From Octopus vulgaris (Eukaryota): 64,000 nt of DNA. The stretch lies in contig OX597818.1 in assembly GCA_951406725.2 (NCBI GenBank), positions 51,646,001 through 51,710,000 on the forward strand, read 5' to 3'. Every line of letters begins with the position of its first letter. The stretch's first letter is position 1. A program made the translations under genes and the position numbers. Positions 1 to 11,387 of this stretch are shown piece by piece. The notes beneath the pieces were generated by a model. It saw only the letters and a program-made list of their open reading frames with translations. It did not search any database and had not been told where the DNA came from.

Positions 1-93
1 CCCATGGCTATAGTAAAAGACATTTGCCCAAGATTTCGCGTAGTAGGACTGAACCTAGAACCATATAGTTTGAAAGCAAGCTTCTTACCACGT

Positions 94-155
<62 letters not shown>

Positions 156-302
156 GACTGGCTTCTTTCAATTTCCGTCTACCAAATCCACTCACACAGC
201 TTTGGTCGGCCCATGGCTATAGTAAAAGACATTTGCCCAAGATTTCGCGCTGTAGGATAGAACCTAGAACCATATAGTTTGAAAGCAAGCTTCTTACCAC
301 GT

Positions 303-336
<34 letters not shown>

Positions 337-483
337 GACTGGCTTCTTTCAATTTCCGTCTACCAAATCCACTCACACAGCTTTGGTCGGCCCATGGCTA
401 TAGTAAAAGACATTTGCCCAAGATTTCGCGCAGAAGGACTGAACCCAGAACCATATAGTTTGAAAGCAAGCTTCTTACCACGT

Positions 484-529
<46 letters not shown>

Positions 530-676
530 GACTGGCTTCTTTCAATTTCCGTCTACCAAATCCACTCACACAGCTTTGGTCGGCCCATGGCTATAGTAAA
601 AGACATTTGCCCAAGATTTCGCGCAGTAGGACTGAACCTAGAACCATATAGTTTGAAAGCAAGCTTCTTACCACGT

Positions 677-720
<44 letters not shown>

Positions 721-867
721 GACTGGCTTCTTTCAATTTCCGTCTACCAAATCCACTCACACAGCTTTGGTCGGCCCATGGCTATAGTAAAAGACATTTG
801 CCCAAGATTTCGCGCAGTAGGACAGAACCTAGAACCATATAGTTTGAAAGCAAGCTTCTTACCACGT

Positions 868-937
<70 letters not shown>

Positions 938-1084
938 GACTGGCTTCTTTCAATTTCCGTCTACCAAATCCACTCACACAGCTTTGGTCGGCCCATGGCT
1001 ATAGTAAAAGACATTTGCCCAAGATTTCGCGCAGTAGGACAGAACCTAGAACCATATAGTTTGAAAGCAAGCTTCTTACCACGT

Positions 1085-1120
<36 letters not shown>

Positions 1121-1267
1121 GACTGGCTTCTTTCAATTTCCGTCTACCAAATCCACTCACACAGCTTTGGTCGGCCCATGGCTATAGTAAAAGACATTTG
1201 CCCAAGATTTCGCGCTGTAGGACAGAACCCAGAACCATATAGTTTGAAAGCAAGCTTCTTACCACGT

Positions 1268-1315
<48 letters not shown>

Positions 1316-1462
1316 GACTGGCTTCTTTCAATTTCCGTCTACCAAATCCACTCACACAGCTTTGGTCGGCCCATGGCTATAGTAAAAGACATTTGCCCAA
1401 GATTTCGCGCTGTAGGACAGAACCTAGAACCATATCGTTTGAAAGCAAGCTTCTTACCACGT

Positions 1463-1508
<46 letters not shown>

Positions 1509-1655
1509 GACTGGCTTCTTTCAATTTCCGTCTACCAAATCCACTCACACAGCTTTGGTCGGCCCATGGCTATAGTAAAAGACATTTGCCCAAGATTTCG
1601 CGCTGTAGGACAGAACCTAGAACCATATAGTTTGAAAGCAAGCTTCTTACCACGT

Positions 1656-1719
<64 letters not shown>

Positions 1720-1866
1720 GACTGGCTTCTTTCAATTTCCGTCTACCAAATCCACTCACACAGCTTTGGTCGGCCCATGGCTATAGTAGAAGACATTTGC
1801 CCAAGATTTCGCGCTGTAGGACAGAACCCAGAACCATATAGTTTGAAAGCAAGCTTCTTACCACGT

Positions 1867-1907
<41 letters not shown>

Positions 1908-2061
1908 CACATACGACTGGCTTCTTTCAATTTCCGTCTACCAAATCCACTCACACAGCTTTGGTCGGCCCATGGCTATAGTAAAAGACATTTGCCCAAG
2001 ATTTCGCGCAGTAGGACAGAACCTAGAACCATATAGTTTGAAAGCAAGCTTCTTACCACGT

Positions 2062-2107
<46 letters not shown>

Positions 2108-2252
2108 CTGGCTTCTTTCAATTTCCGTCTACCAAATCCACTCACACAGCTTTGGTCGGCCCATGGCTATAGTAAAAGACATTTGCCCAAGATTTCGCGC
2201 TGTAGGACAGAACCTAGAACCATATAGTTTGAAAGCAAGCTTCTTACCACGT

Positions 2253-2292
<40 letters not shown>

Positions 2293-2439
2293 GACTGGCT
2301 TCTTTCAATTTCCGTCTACCAAATCCACTCACACAGCTTTGGTCGGCCCATGGCTATAGTAAAAGACATTTGCCCAAGATTTCGCGCTGTAGGACAGAAC
2401 CCAGAACCATATAGTTTGAAAGCAAGCTTCTTACCACGT

Positions 2440-2495
<56 letters not shown>

Positions 2496-2640
2496 CTGGC
2501 TTCTTTCAATTTCCGTCTACCAAATCCACTCACACAGCTTTGGTCGGCCCATGGCTATAGTAAAAGACATTTGCCCAAGATTTCGCGCAGTAGGACTGAA
2601 CCTAGAACCATATAGTTTGAAAGCAAGCTTCTTACCACGT

Positions 2641-2698
<58 letters not shown>

Positions 2699-2843
2699 CT
2701 GGCTTCTTTCAATTTCCGTCTACCAAATCCACTCACACAGCTTTGGTCGGCCCATGGCTATAGTAAAAGACATTTGCCCAAGATTTCGCGCTGTAGGACA
2801 GAACCCAGAACCATACAGTTTGAAAGCAAGCTTCTTACCACGC
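1..2843 (-). repeat. Tandem array of ~181-217 bp units (14 full plus 1 partial visible; continues past the left edge). Each unit is the 5' part of SINE family A plus a variable (CA)n tract
   Basis: CCCATGGCTATAGTA recurs 15 times (ATG at 4, 213, 394, 587, 778, 995 ... 2754). The constant part matches the SINE at 3250-3400 (GGCTTCTTTCA.TTTCCGTCTACCAAATCCACTCAC...GCCCAAG...GAACC...AGCAAGCT.CTTACCAC). Unit length varies through (CA)n length. Confidence 0.95.
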
Positions 2844-2980
2844 ATACATATACGAGGATTGTACCGAAATCAATGCGTGTCTTCCATACAAAGGTACACT
2901 TAAATATAGTCTCCGTCACAATCGATACATCTTCATTATCATTCCAATTGTCTTTGAAAATATGCAGGTATGCAATGGTA

Positions 2981-3413
2981 TACTCTTTTTACTCTTTACT
3001 CTTTTACCTGTTTCAGTCATTTGACTGCGGCCATGCTGGAGCACGGCCTTTAGTCGAGCAACTCAACCCCGGGACTTATTCTTTTTGTAAGCCCAGTACT
3101 TATTCTATCGGTCTCTTTTTGCCGAACCGCTAAGTGACGGGGACGTAAACACACCAGCATCGGTTGTCAAGCAATGCTAGGGGGGACAAACACAGACACA
3201 CAAACACACACACACACACACACACATCCATATATATATATACATATATACGACAGGCTTCTTTCAGTTTCCGTCTACCAAATCCACTCGCAAGGCATTG
3301 GTCGGCCCGGGGCTATAGCAGAAGACACCTGCCCAAGATGCCACGCAGTGGGACTGAACCCGGAACCATGTGGTTGGTAAGCAAGCTACTTACCACACAG
3401 CTACTCCTGCGCC
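2981..3413 (-). mobile_element. Full-length tRNA-derived SINE, family A (CORE-like; resembles octopus OR-type SINEs)
   Basis: Minus-strand head GGCGCAGGAGTAGCTGTGTGGTAAG...GGTTCAGTCCC (A and B boxes), then GGCATCTTGGGCAGGTGTCTT, an internal (TG)n and a (GAGTAAA)n tail. About 20 related copies occur in the window. The family name comes from recall. Confidence 0.9.
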
Positions 3414-3698
3414 TATACTCGCTTTTTTATAGCCCCTTTCATCTCATCTCTAGTATCAAATTCGCTCTCCACGGAAACTGTCATTCGTTAGACCGAACAA
3501 GCGGAGGCGAGAGGGCACCAGATATGGGTTGCTCCGTAGATGAGTCGCTACTGACCAGTCCAGTTTGCGGACTGCGTGATTTGTTGTTAGAAATCTGTGT
3601 AGACGTACATTTAGTATTTGTGGTTGATCCTGTAAGCTGTTATTTTTGGAGAGGCGTGGTTGTGAACTTCTATCGTAATGTAATAGGTCTATAATGAA

Positions 3699-3965
3699 TG
3701 CACGTGGCCTAGTGGTTAGGCTGTTGCGCTAACAATCGCTAGATCGTGGGTTCGATTCCTTAACTGGGCAGCGCGTTGTGTTCTTGAGCAAAACATTTCA
3801 TTTTACGTTGCTCCGTTACCCCTTTCGATCAGGTGAGAAATGTTGGCCTGCTCGCCTAGCAAGCGGGGTGGCATCATTTGAAGGCTAAAACAATGCAAAA
3901 GCGCATTGTGACCAGTGATGTGTAACAACAGCTGGCAGCCTGATCGGTCGTGTGATCACGTGATT
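3699..3965 (+). mobile_element. tRNA-derived SINE (head type B, tail type Z)
   Basis: A box GTGGCCTAGTGGTT and B box GGTTCGATTCC, then TTCTTGAGCAAAACA. The tail GCATTGTGACCAGTGATGTGTAACAACA is shared with 44972-45087 and 56965-57250. Confidence 0.8.
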
Positions 3966-4104
3966 ATGTCTATATATAAATAGCAGCGTATACTACAACA
4001 TGTATAATTTTGTAGCATACATGTACAATATTAGGAAATATAAAAGGCTTTCTAAAAATGTAACCTGCATTATGTTGCATAATGGTATAGATACCGTTGT
4101 GATA

Positions 4105-4520
4105 AGGCGGCGAGCTGGCAGAAACGTTAGCACGCCGGGCGAAACGCGTAGCCGTATTTCGTCTGCCGTTACGTTCTGAGTTCAAATTCCGCCGAGGTCG
4201 ACATTGCCTTTCATCCTTTCGGGGTCGATAAATTAAGCACCAGTTACGCACTGGAGTCGATGTAATCGACTTAATCCGTTCGTCTGTCTTTGTTTGTTCC
4301 CTCTGTGTTTAGCCCCTTGTGGGTAGTAAAGAAATAGGTATTTCGTCTGCCGCTACGTTCTGAGTTCAAATTCCGCCGAGGTCGACTTTGCTTTCATCCT
4401 TTCGGGGGTCGATAAATTAAGTACCAGTTACGCACTGGGGTCTATATAATCGACTTAATCCGTTTGTCTGTCCTTGTGTGTCCCCTCTGTGTTTAGCCCC
4501 TTGTGGGTAGTAAAGAAACA
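4105..4520 (+). mobile_element. Dimeric SINE, family B (MetaSINE-like central domain), with a 19-bp target-site duplication (TSD)
   Basis: GGCGGCGAGCTGGCAGAAACGTTAGC...GAGTTCAAATTCC...GCCTTTCATCCTTTCGGGGTCGATAAATTAAGTACCAG; the body is repeated. GGTATAGATACCGTTGTGA occurs at both 4084-4102 and 4521-4539. Confidence 0.9.
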
Positions 4521-4869
4521 GGTATAGATACCGTTGTGAATTATAATATCCAGCTGATAATGATAAACAACAAATAATGTTGCTAATTTGAACGTCTCGG
4601 AAATATTGTCAATAATGTATGACTTCATTATTTTAGAACTTTAGAAATAAATTAACGATTATCAGCGAAAACTGATAATTTCACTCATCTTATTAGGCCA
4701 TAAAAAATTTCACCATTTTATTAATTAGAATCAGTCACAGGGAAAATTATATTTATAAATCTACACTTTTCAAAGCAATTTGCAATTGAATCATGATTAA
4801 GTCAAGTACAAGGATGTTATTTTTGAGAGGAAAATGTGAGTCAATATAATCAATCATTAAAAAAAAAAT

Positions 4870-5452
4870 GGTACTCCGTCGGTTACGACGACGAGTGTCC
4901 TAGTTGATCCGATCAACCGAACTGCCAGTTCGTGAAATGAACGTGCAAGTGGATGAGTATACAGTTTGCCATCGCGAGCCTCGTTGTGATCTCGCGCATG
5001 GCAAATGGATGCAGGTGAGGTCTCGCTCCAGTCTCGGAGATGGCAATGGCTGCCGCGAGATCTCATCCTATATGGCGCTGACTGCTTGTGCCGCTACAGG
5101 TTGATATCATTAGCATTACTCCTGTTATTTTCGCGTTGCGTTTCCCCATGTTCCGCAGTTCGAGTTCATGGTGTGATGTGGATTTTACCACATCAGCATG
5201 TCTCGTGGCTTTCTCCTTAGTCTCGTGGTAACCGCTTTACTTTCAACACACGCTAGTGAACCCTTAACGTAGTTCTCAGAAATTCAACGTGAGACAGAAT
5301 GTGACAGGTGCAACTCATTTTTGCCAGCTGAGTGGACTGGAGCAACATGAAATAAAGTGTCTTGCTCAAGGACTCACCTCATAGCCGTGTATCGAAATCA
5401 CGACCTCACGATCGTTAGCTGAATACTCCTAACCACTAAGGCACGCGCCTTC
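4870..5452 (-). mobile_element. SINE (head B, tail X) interrupted by an unclassified ~295-bp insert (~4961-5254)
   Basis: Head at 5320-5452 and tail at 4870-4960 match 16860-17131 in reverse. The insert is partly repeated, inverted, at 8571-8706. Confidence 0.7.
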
Positions 5453-5865
5453 GGCAACGAATAATATCGATTCCATTATTTGACTGTTACTTCAAGGCGG
5501 TACCTGGCAGAACGTCGCTACGTTCTGAGTTCAAATTCCCCCAAGATCAACTGTGCCTTTTATCCTTTCGGGGTCGATAAATCAAGTACCAGTTGACTAC
5601 TAGGGCCGATGTAATCGACTATCCCCCTCCCCAAAATTGCAGGCCTCGTGCCTATAATAGAAAGGATTACTTGACTGTTACTTTATTTTATCGACGCTGA
5701 AAGGCATAGTTAACCGCGATGGGGTTTGAACTCAGAACGTAAAGAATCAGGAGAAATTTTGTCCGATGCTCTAACATTTCTGCCATTCCATTACTCAGAA
5801 AACAATCTAATAATCCTTTCTACCACAGTAATCCCTCGCCATATCGCGGTCGGTTCACCTATCGC

Positions 5866-5899
5866 GGAAACTGAAAGGAGCCTGTCGTATATATGTATG

Positions 5900-5930
<31 letters not shown>

Positions 5931-5941
5931 GTATGTAAGTT

Positions 5942-6021
<80 letters not shown>

Positions 6022-6071
6022 ATGTATACATACATATATACTTACATACATACATACATGCATACATACAT

Positions 6072-6120
<49 letters not shown>

Positions 6121-6338
6121 ATGTGTGTATATGTTTGTGTGTCTGTTTTTGTCCCAACCTAACATCGCTTGATAACCGATGCTGGTGTGCTTACGTCCAC
6201 GCAACCTAGCGTTTCGGCAACAGAGCCCGATAGAATAAGTACTAGGCTAATAAAGAATAAGTCTTGGAGGTCGATTTGCTCGACTAAAGGCGGTGCTCCA
6301 GTATGGCCGCAGTCAAATGACTGAAACAAGTAAAAGTA
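5866..6338 (+). mobile_element. 5'-truncated SINE family A with expanded (TATC)n/(TA)n/(TATG)n
   Basis: GGAAACTGAAAGGAGCCTGTCGTA ... GGCCGCAGTCAAATGACTGAAACAAGTAAAAG. Confidence 0.8.
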
Positions 6339-6816
6339 CAGTACTGTTTCTACTTCACGGATGTTCACCAGTAGTGGGGGTCGGGTGGAAGGGTGGAACG
6401 TAACACCCGCGATAGTCGAAGGATTACTGCATAGGTACACCGAAGGGTCGATAAATTAAGTACTAGTTGCGTACTGGGATCGATCTAATCGACTGGCCCG
6501 TCCTACAAAATTTCAGGCTTTATGCCTATAATAGAAAGGATTATTTGAGTAGTTTTTAAGGCAGCGAGCTGGCAGAACCGTTGCTGCACCGGACAAAATA
6601 GCGCCATTTCTTCTGTATTTTTTCGTCCTGGGGTTCAAATATCGCGGAGGTTGACTTTGCCTTTCCTTATTTTGGAGTTGATAAAATACGTACCAATCAA
6701 AAGCTGGGGGTCGATGGAGTCGACTCACCGCCTCCCGCTAAAATTATTGTCCTTGTGCTAAAAATTTGAAACTAGTAGTAAGAAGAGAAAATATCAATTG
6801 TATAAATAGTCTTTTC

Positions 6817-7242
6817 GGATCTTTTCGGTTTGAACGGCAGTTTTTTCTAGCGGTGTCATATGAAATTGTCACCCATAATTATGACCCTAGTATCGATCTA
6901 TTGCATTTCAATCTGTTTTAGGGTTAGGGTTAGTTAGGGTTAGGGGTGGTGGGGAAGGGTATCTTTTTTCTTCACAAATGTAAATAAACCCAATCTGTTT
7001 CTTAAACGAGGGACATATTCTTACGGCACAGAATGTTTTCACCTCAATAGACGTCAATGATTGGTTGAAATTGCAGAAATTGAAGAAAAACCCAACAAAT
7101 ATCTTACAAACTATAGAATTTTCTCAATAAAGCCAAGAGAAAAAGATGTTTTATAAACACATTCTACCAGTATACGAAGTTTAAAATTTTTTAGTTACGT
7201 GGAAATTATTTTAAAAAACTGCCGTTCAAACCGAAAAGATCC
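6817..7242 (+). mobile_element. Non-autonomous DNA transposon (MITE) with GG-terminated TIRs and an 8-bp TSD (Merlin-like), carrying internal TTAGGG repeats
   Basis: TIRs GGATCTTTTCGGTTTGAACGGCAGTTTTT / AAAAACTGCCGTTCAAACCGAAAAGATCC. Perfect TSD GTCTTTTC at 6809-6816 and 7243-7250. TTAGGG repeats at ~6918-6945. Superfamily inferred from the GG termini plus 8-bp TSD. Confidence 0.9.
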
Positions 7243-7412
7243 GTCTTTTCTTTGAAGGAACGGGAATAACAATTCTAATATGAGATTAATCAACTATTTG
7301 TTATTTTATTAACTATGGCCGAATGAAATACAAAGTTGATCATGGCTGAAAATGAACTCAGAACAGAGAGTAACACAATCAAATACTGCAGCGAATTACG
7401 ACTCAAGCAGAA

Positions 7413-7485
7413 GGGGAATTAGCTCAAGTGGTAGAGCGCTCGCTTAGCATGTGAGAGGTACCGGGATCGATACCCGGATTCTCCA
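7413..7485 (+). tRNA. tRNA-Ala (anticodon AGC)
   Basis: GGGGAATTAGCTCAAGTGGTAGAGCGCTCGCTTAGCATGTGAGAGGTACCGGGATCGATACCCGGATTCTCCA forms a 73-nt cloverleaf with the G3:U70 Ala identity pair. It is followed by a T7 Pol III terminator. Confidence 0.96.
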
Positions 7486-7533
7486 CTTTTTTTAAAAATT
7501 TCTCTTCTGTTATATTGTATATACAGAATACGA

Positions 7534-7666
7534 TAGCATTGTGAGAGGTACTGGGATCGATACCCGGTTTCTCCACTTTAAAAAAAAAATTTCTCTTCAA
7601 TTATATTGTATATATACAATATAATAGAATTGTGAGAGATACCGGGATCGATTCCCGGATTCTCCA
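7534..7666 (+). pseudogene. Two tandem 3'-half copies of tRNA-Ala (7534-7575 and 7625-7666), ~90-bp period including the 3' trailer
   Basis: TAGCATTGTGAGAGGTACTGGGATCGATACCCGGTTTCTCCA and TAGAATTGTGAGAGATACCGGGATCGATTCCCGGATTCTCCA, each followed by the same AT-rich trailer. Confidence 0.9.
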
Positions 7667-7767
7667 CTTTAAAAAAAAAAATTTCTATTATATTGTATAT
7701 ATACAATGTAATAGAAATTTTTTCTATATATATACAATATAATAGAAGAGAAATTAAAAAAAATAAG

Positions 7768-7840
7768 TGGAGAATCCGGGTATCGATCCCGGTACCTCTT
7801 ACATGCTAAGCGAGCGCTCTACCACTTGAGCTAATTCCCC
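7768..7840 (-). tRNA. tRNA-Ala (AGC), inverted copy with one anticodon-stem substitution
   Basis: The reverse complement is identical to 7413-7485 except GTGAG>GTAAG, which creates a C:A mismatch in the anticodon stem. It has the same AGCAGAA leader and its own T-run downstream. Confidence 0.9.
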
Positions 7841-8138
7841 TTCTGCTCGGTAAGAGCACACATTGCAATAAATGTACGATCAACTGAAAGAAAAACCAAT
7901 ATAATCAGTAAGATCACACAAGCACAAATACATTGATTCTCATGAAGAGTTACATACTGTTAATATTGAACATAGAAGTAAAACATCGCGAACTTCTTAG
8001 ATCAAGGTGTTTAGCGGCGATACATTGTATTAATAGGCTTCCGACTCTGATGTTCTTATTTTGTACAGCGTGATACAGATCTCACTGAACTGCTGTACTT
8101 TTTACCGTCTCTATCATGTTGACGTTATAGTTGAACAA

Positions 8139-8526
8139 TCTCTCTCTATATATAAACGGCAAAATATCTGTGTGTGTGTGTGTGTGTGTGCGTGCATGTC
8201 CTTTATACAAATCCGCAAATTTTCAGTTAGAGGGCTTGCACTTTCTATGGTCATTCAAAACCGTCCAAGGGTGGTCGTGCACATCTTTGCATTTCCCCAG
8301 TCACCCCGCAAAGCCATTAAAAAAAATCAATAGAAGTGACCTTTTTTGTGAATTTTCTATCCAAAACCCAATCAAAATGCCGCCCGAAACTTGATACGCC
8401 AATTGAATGCCAGCTAGCTGTATGTGATTGGTCAGAGATTTGGACAGTACCCGCGTGTATGTGCGCACGCAGTTGTATATGCATGCACTAGTACTATGAC
8501 CCGCCGTTACCGGGTCATAGTGATAG
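8139..8526 (+). mobile_element. Non-autonomous Helitron-like element
   Basis: Begins TC(TC)TATATATAAAC after an A, has an internal (GT)n and a subterminal 10-bp hairpin CTATGACCCG-ccgttac-CGGGTCATAG (8494-8520), then ends GATAG|T (variant of the CTAG|T consensus). No TSD. Confidence 0.7.
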
Positions 8527-8806
8527 TCAATAATGTTTAAATACATGTCTGGCAAGTGATTTCATTTGAGAGCGTGTGTTGAAAGTAAAGCAGTTACTAC
8601 GGGACTAAGGAAAAAGCCACGAGACATGCTGATGTGGTAATATCCATATCACACCGTGAACTCGAACTGCGGAACATGGAGAAACGCAACGCGAAAATAA
8701 CAGGAGACCTTGTGCCTATAAAGAAAGGAATATTTTTTATATGAAACAGTCAAAGCGGAAGTAAATATATGTTTATTAAACATGGTATTTCCATATAAGT
8801 TTTTGT

Positions 8807-9110
8807 GGAGGCACATGACCTAGTGGTTAGAGCAGCGGACACACAGTCGAGGGATCGCAGGTTCGAATCTCAGACAGGACGGTGTGTATGTTTATGAGCG
8901 AAACACCTAAGCTCCGGCAGAAGGTAATGGTCAACTTCTGCTGACTCTTTCGCCACAACTTTCTCTCACTCTTTTCTCCTACATTTTGCAGCTCACCTGC
9001 GACGGACCGGTCTCCCGTCCAGGTGGGGAATCTATACACTACGCAAATGAAACCGGGAAACTGGTCCTTATGAGCCAGGAATGGCTCGAGAAGGATCAAA
9101 CAACAACAAT
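8807..9110 (+). mobile_element. tRNA-derived SINE, family C, with (CAA)n tail
   Basis: GGAGGCACATGACCTAGTGGTTAGAGC...GGTTCGAATC...GAGCGAAACACCTAAGCTCC. A second copy is at 50571-50860. Confidence 0.85.
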
Positions 9111-11008
9111 ATAAGTTTTCACTCAAAGTGAAGATGCGTGGCCTTATATTGGATTATCCGGTCAGTTCAGATCCAGAGCTGTATCTAGTAGCAGACCTGA
9201 AATATAATCAGTGGAATTGATGGCGATGGAGAGAATGCTGAGGTGTTATACTTGTGGCAGCAAAAACTGCTTCAAGGTCTCTCTTCAAAGGAAATCAAAA
9301 AACAAAGAAATAGAGAACACGGGGAAAAGCAGTAAGTCCGGAGGCTGTTATTTAATAGCACCATAAGTCGCGCGACCCGAACATATCCGTGGAACTGGTT
9401 CGAAATGTAACAACTTATTCAGAAAATGTATTTGTCTATAAAATAAATAACTAGTTAAATATAACTTATTCTGCAATATGGTCAGTGTTTCAAAATTAGT
9501 TGTAAGCTTTTTATGTGGTCATCTATCGCTACTCCAAAGACGTGCTATGTTCATGGAGTTTTTTGTGAACAGTAAATCTCTCAGTGGTAAGCCTGTGGGT
9601 ATATGGCTTGTATGTGTTCCAAATGAGAGGTTTTCAAACTTTTTCTGAAATACCACACTCACATAGTCGTTCACCCACTGTTGTATACAGCTTATTTCAA
9701 GATTTCTTAGCAATAGAAAAAAAGAACTGGTTTGTAACCTAGACCCAAGTCTCCTTCATTGGAATTAAAATTCTCTTATATATTTTAACAACTTGTCTTC
9801 TCTATTTTAAACGGAATTGATGAGTTTTGTGGGACTTCTTTCCGTAAATTCTCCACACATCAAATACAAGTATTACTTTCATATCTTCGCATATTTACGC
9901 CTGTAAACTACCAGCAAAACATGAAGAATCAACATTAGGGAATTAGAAATCTGTTTTGGAAACCTACAAATTAAAAGACGAATCTACATTCAACTTTTTA
10001 AATATACATATATATGTATATGTGTGTGTGTGTGCATATATATGTGTAATATATATGTATATATAAATGTATATATATAAAAATTTTGGCAATAGAGTTA
10101 GACCACTGGTAACTAAGAATTTTTCGATGAATATTCTTGCTACCCTAAGATTTTAATTAATGATAAAATATGTATATATATACATATATGTATATATGTG
10201 CGTGTGTGTGTGCGTGTGTGTTTGGAGAGAGAGAGAGACATGCACACTCATTTATATAAATATATAAATTTATATAAATATGTATATCTATACTAGTTTG
10301 CGTATGTTTCTCTATAAACTTATATATTCTTTATAACGTTGGTAGTTGAAATGGGTCGGGGATGGTCGCTTTAAGAAAAACGAAATATGTCAACCGAATT
10401 CACATTATCAGGTGGAATGAATTCTTAGATTGCTCTATTTACAAAGTCATAGATTTGCAAGCGAGCACAAACAGTTATTAAACATCATTGCATATGATTT
10501 CCATGTACACATTTATTCAAAGCAGCTTTAATTATATCGATAAATTCCGGTCGTCAACCTTCTACCATTGTTAGAAGGTTGACGTGTGTGCTATTACAAC
10601 AATAATAGCTTGTTTCTCGCTTTTAAGAGTGAGTGAGTGTGTGTGTGTGTTTGTGTAAAGTAGAAGGAAGGTGAGGTCAGCAACTTTGTTGGGTCTTGGT
10701 AAACACGAAGCATATATCACCGACTGATACCTAATTCACAGCTCAGCTAATGAACTTCTATTCACGAATAATATTTTTTCGTATGTGAAAGCGGCGAGCT
10801 GGCAGAATCGTTAGCACGTCGGGCAAAATGCTTAATGGTATTTCGTCCTTCTTCACATTCTGCGTTCAAATCCCGCCGATGTCGACTTTACCTTTCATCC
10901 TTTCGATCGATCGATAAAATATGTACCAGTTGATCGAGGAGGCTCAATGTAAACCTGAACTTTGATTTACTCAGAATTACGCTGTGTTAGTCCGCTTCAC
11001 ATACGTGT

Positions 11009-11076
11009 GATCTCTTGGTGTAACGGTTAGCACGCTAAACATTGCATCCAGTGGTCCGTGTTCAAATCTGAGGCCT
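11009..11076 (+). pseudogene. Degenerate tRNA-Gln(TTG) copy
   Basis: GATCTCTTGGTGTAACGGTTAGCACGCTAAACATTGCATCCAGTGGTCCGTGTTCAAATCTGAGGCCT aligns end to end with 14345-14416, with substitutions and a ~4-nt deletion in the T-stem. A long T-run follows. Confidence 0.75.
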
Positions 11077-11387
11077 TTTTTTTTCAATTTTTACAGGGTA
11101 CATGCATTGCCTTGTGATTGAGAAGTTCAGTTTGCAACCACTCGGTTTCAAGTTCAGTTCAACTACACAGCACTTTGAACAAATAATGTATTGCTTGACA
11201 ACCGATGTTGGTGTGTTTACCTCCCCGTAACTTAGCGGTTCGGCAAAAGTTAACGATAGAATAAGTACGAGGCTTACAAAGAATAAGTTCTGGTGCTGAA
11301 GCATGGCCGCAGTCAAAAGAATAAAAGAGTAAAAGAATGCGTGTGTGCGAGTGTGCGCGCGCGTGTGTATGTGCGTAGGTATGCATG

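Noticed and set aside
1-2843. Repeated MAIVKDICPRF... ORFs as a tandem gene family or CRISPR
   Set aside because: The units are SINE-derived, and the frame after (CA)n changes arbitrarily with tract length.
3699-3770. tRNA-like A/B box sequences at SINE heads (also 8807, 50571, 53210-53284)
   Set aside because: No closed acceptor stem; they continue into SINE body and tail shared by many copies.
6917-6946. TTAGGG repeats as a telomere or chromosome fusion site
   Set aside because: Only a few units, internal to a MITE and present in its second copy.
10552-10584. 13-bp perfect hairpin CGTCAACCTTCTA/TAGAAGGTTGACG
   Set aside because: Isolated, too short for a pre-miRNA, and no Helitron-type terminus could be established.
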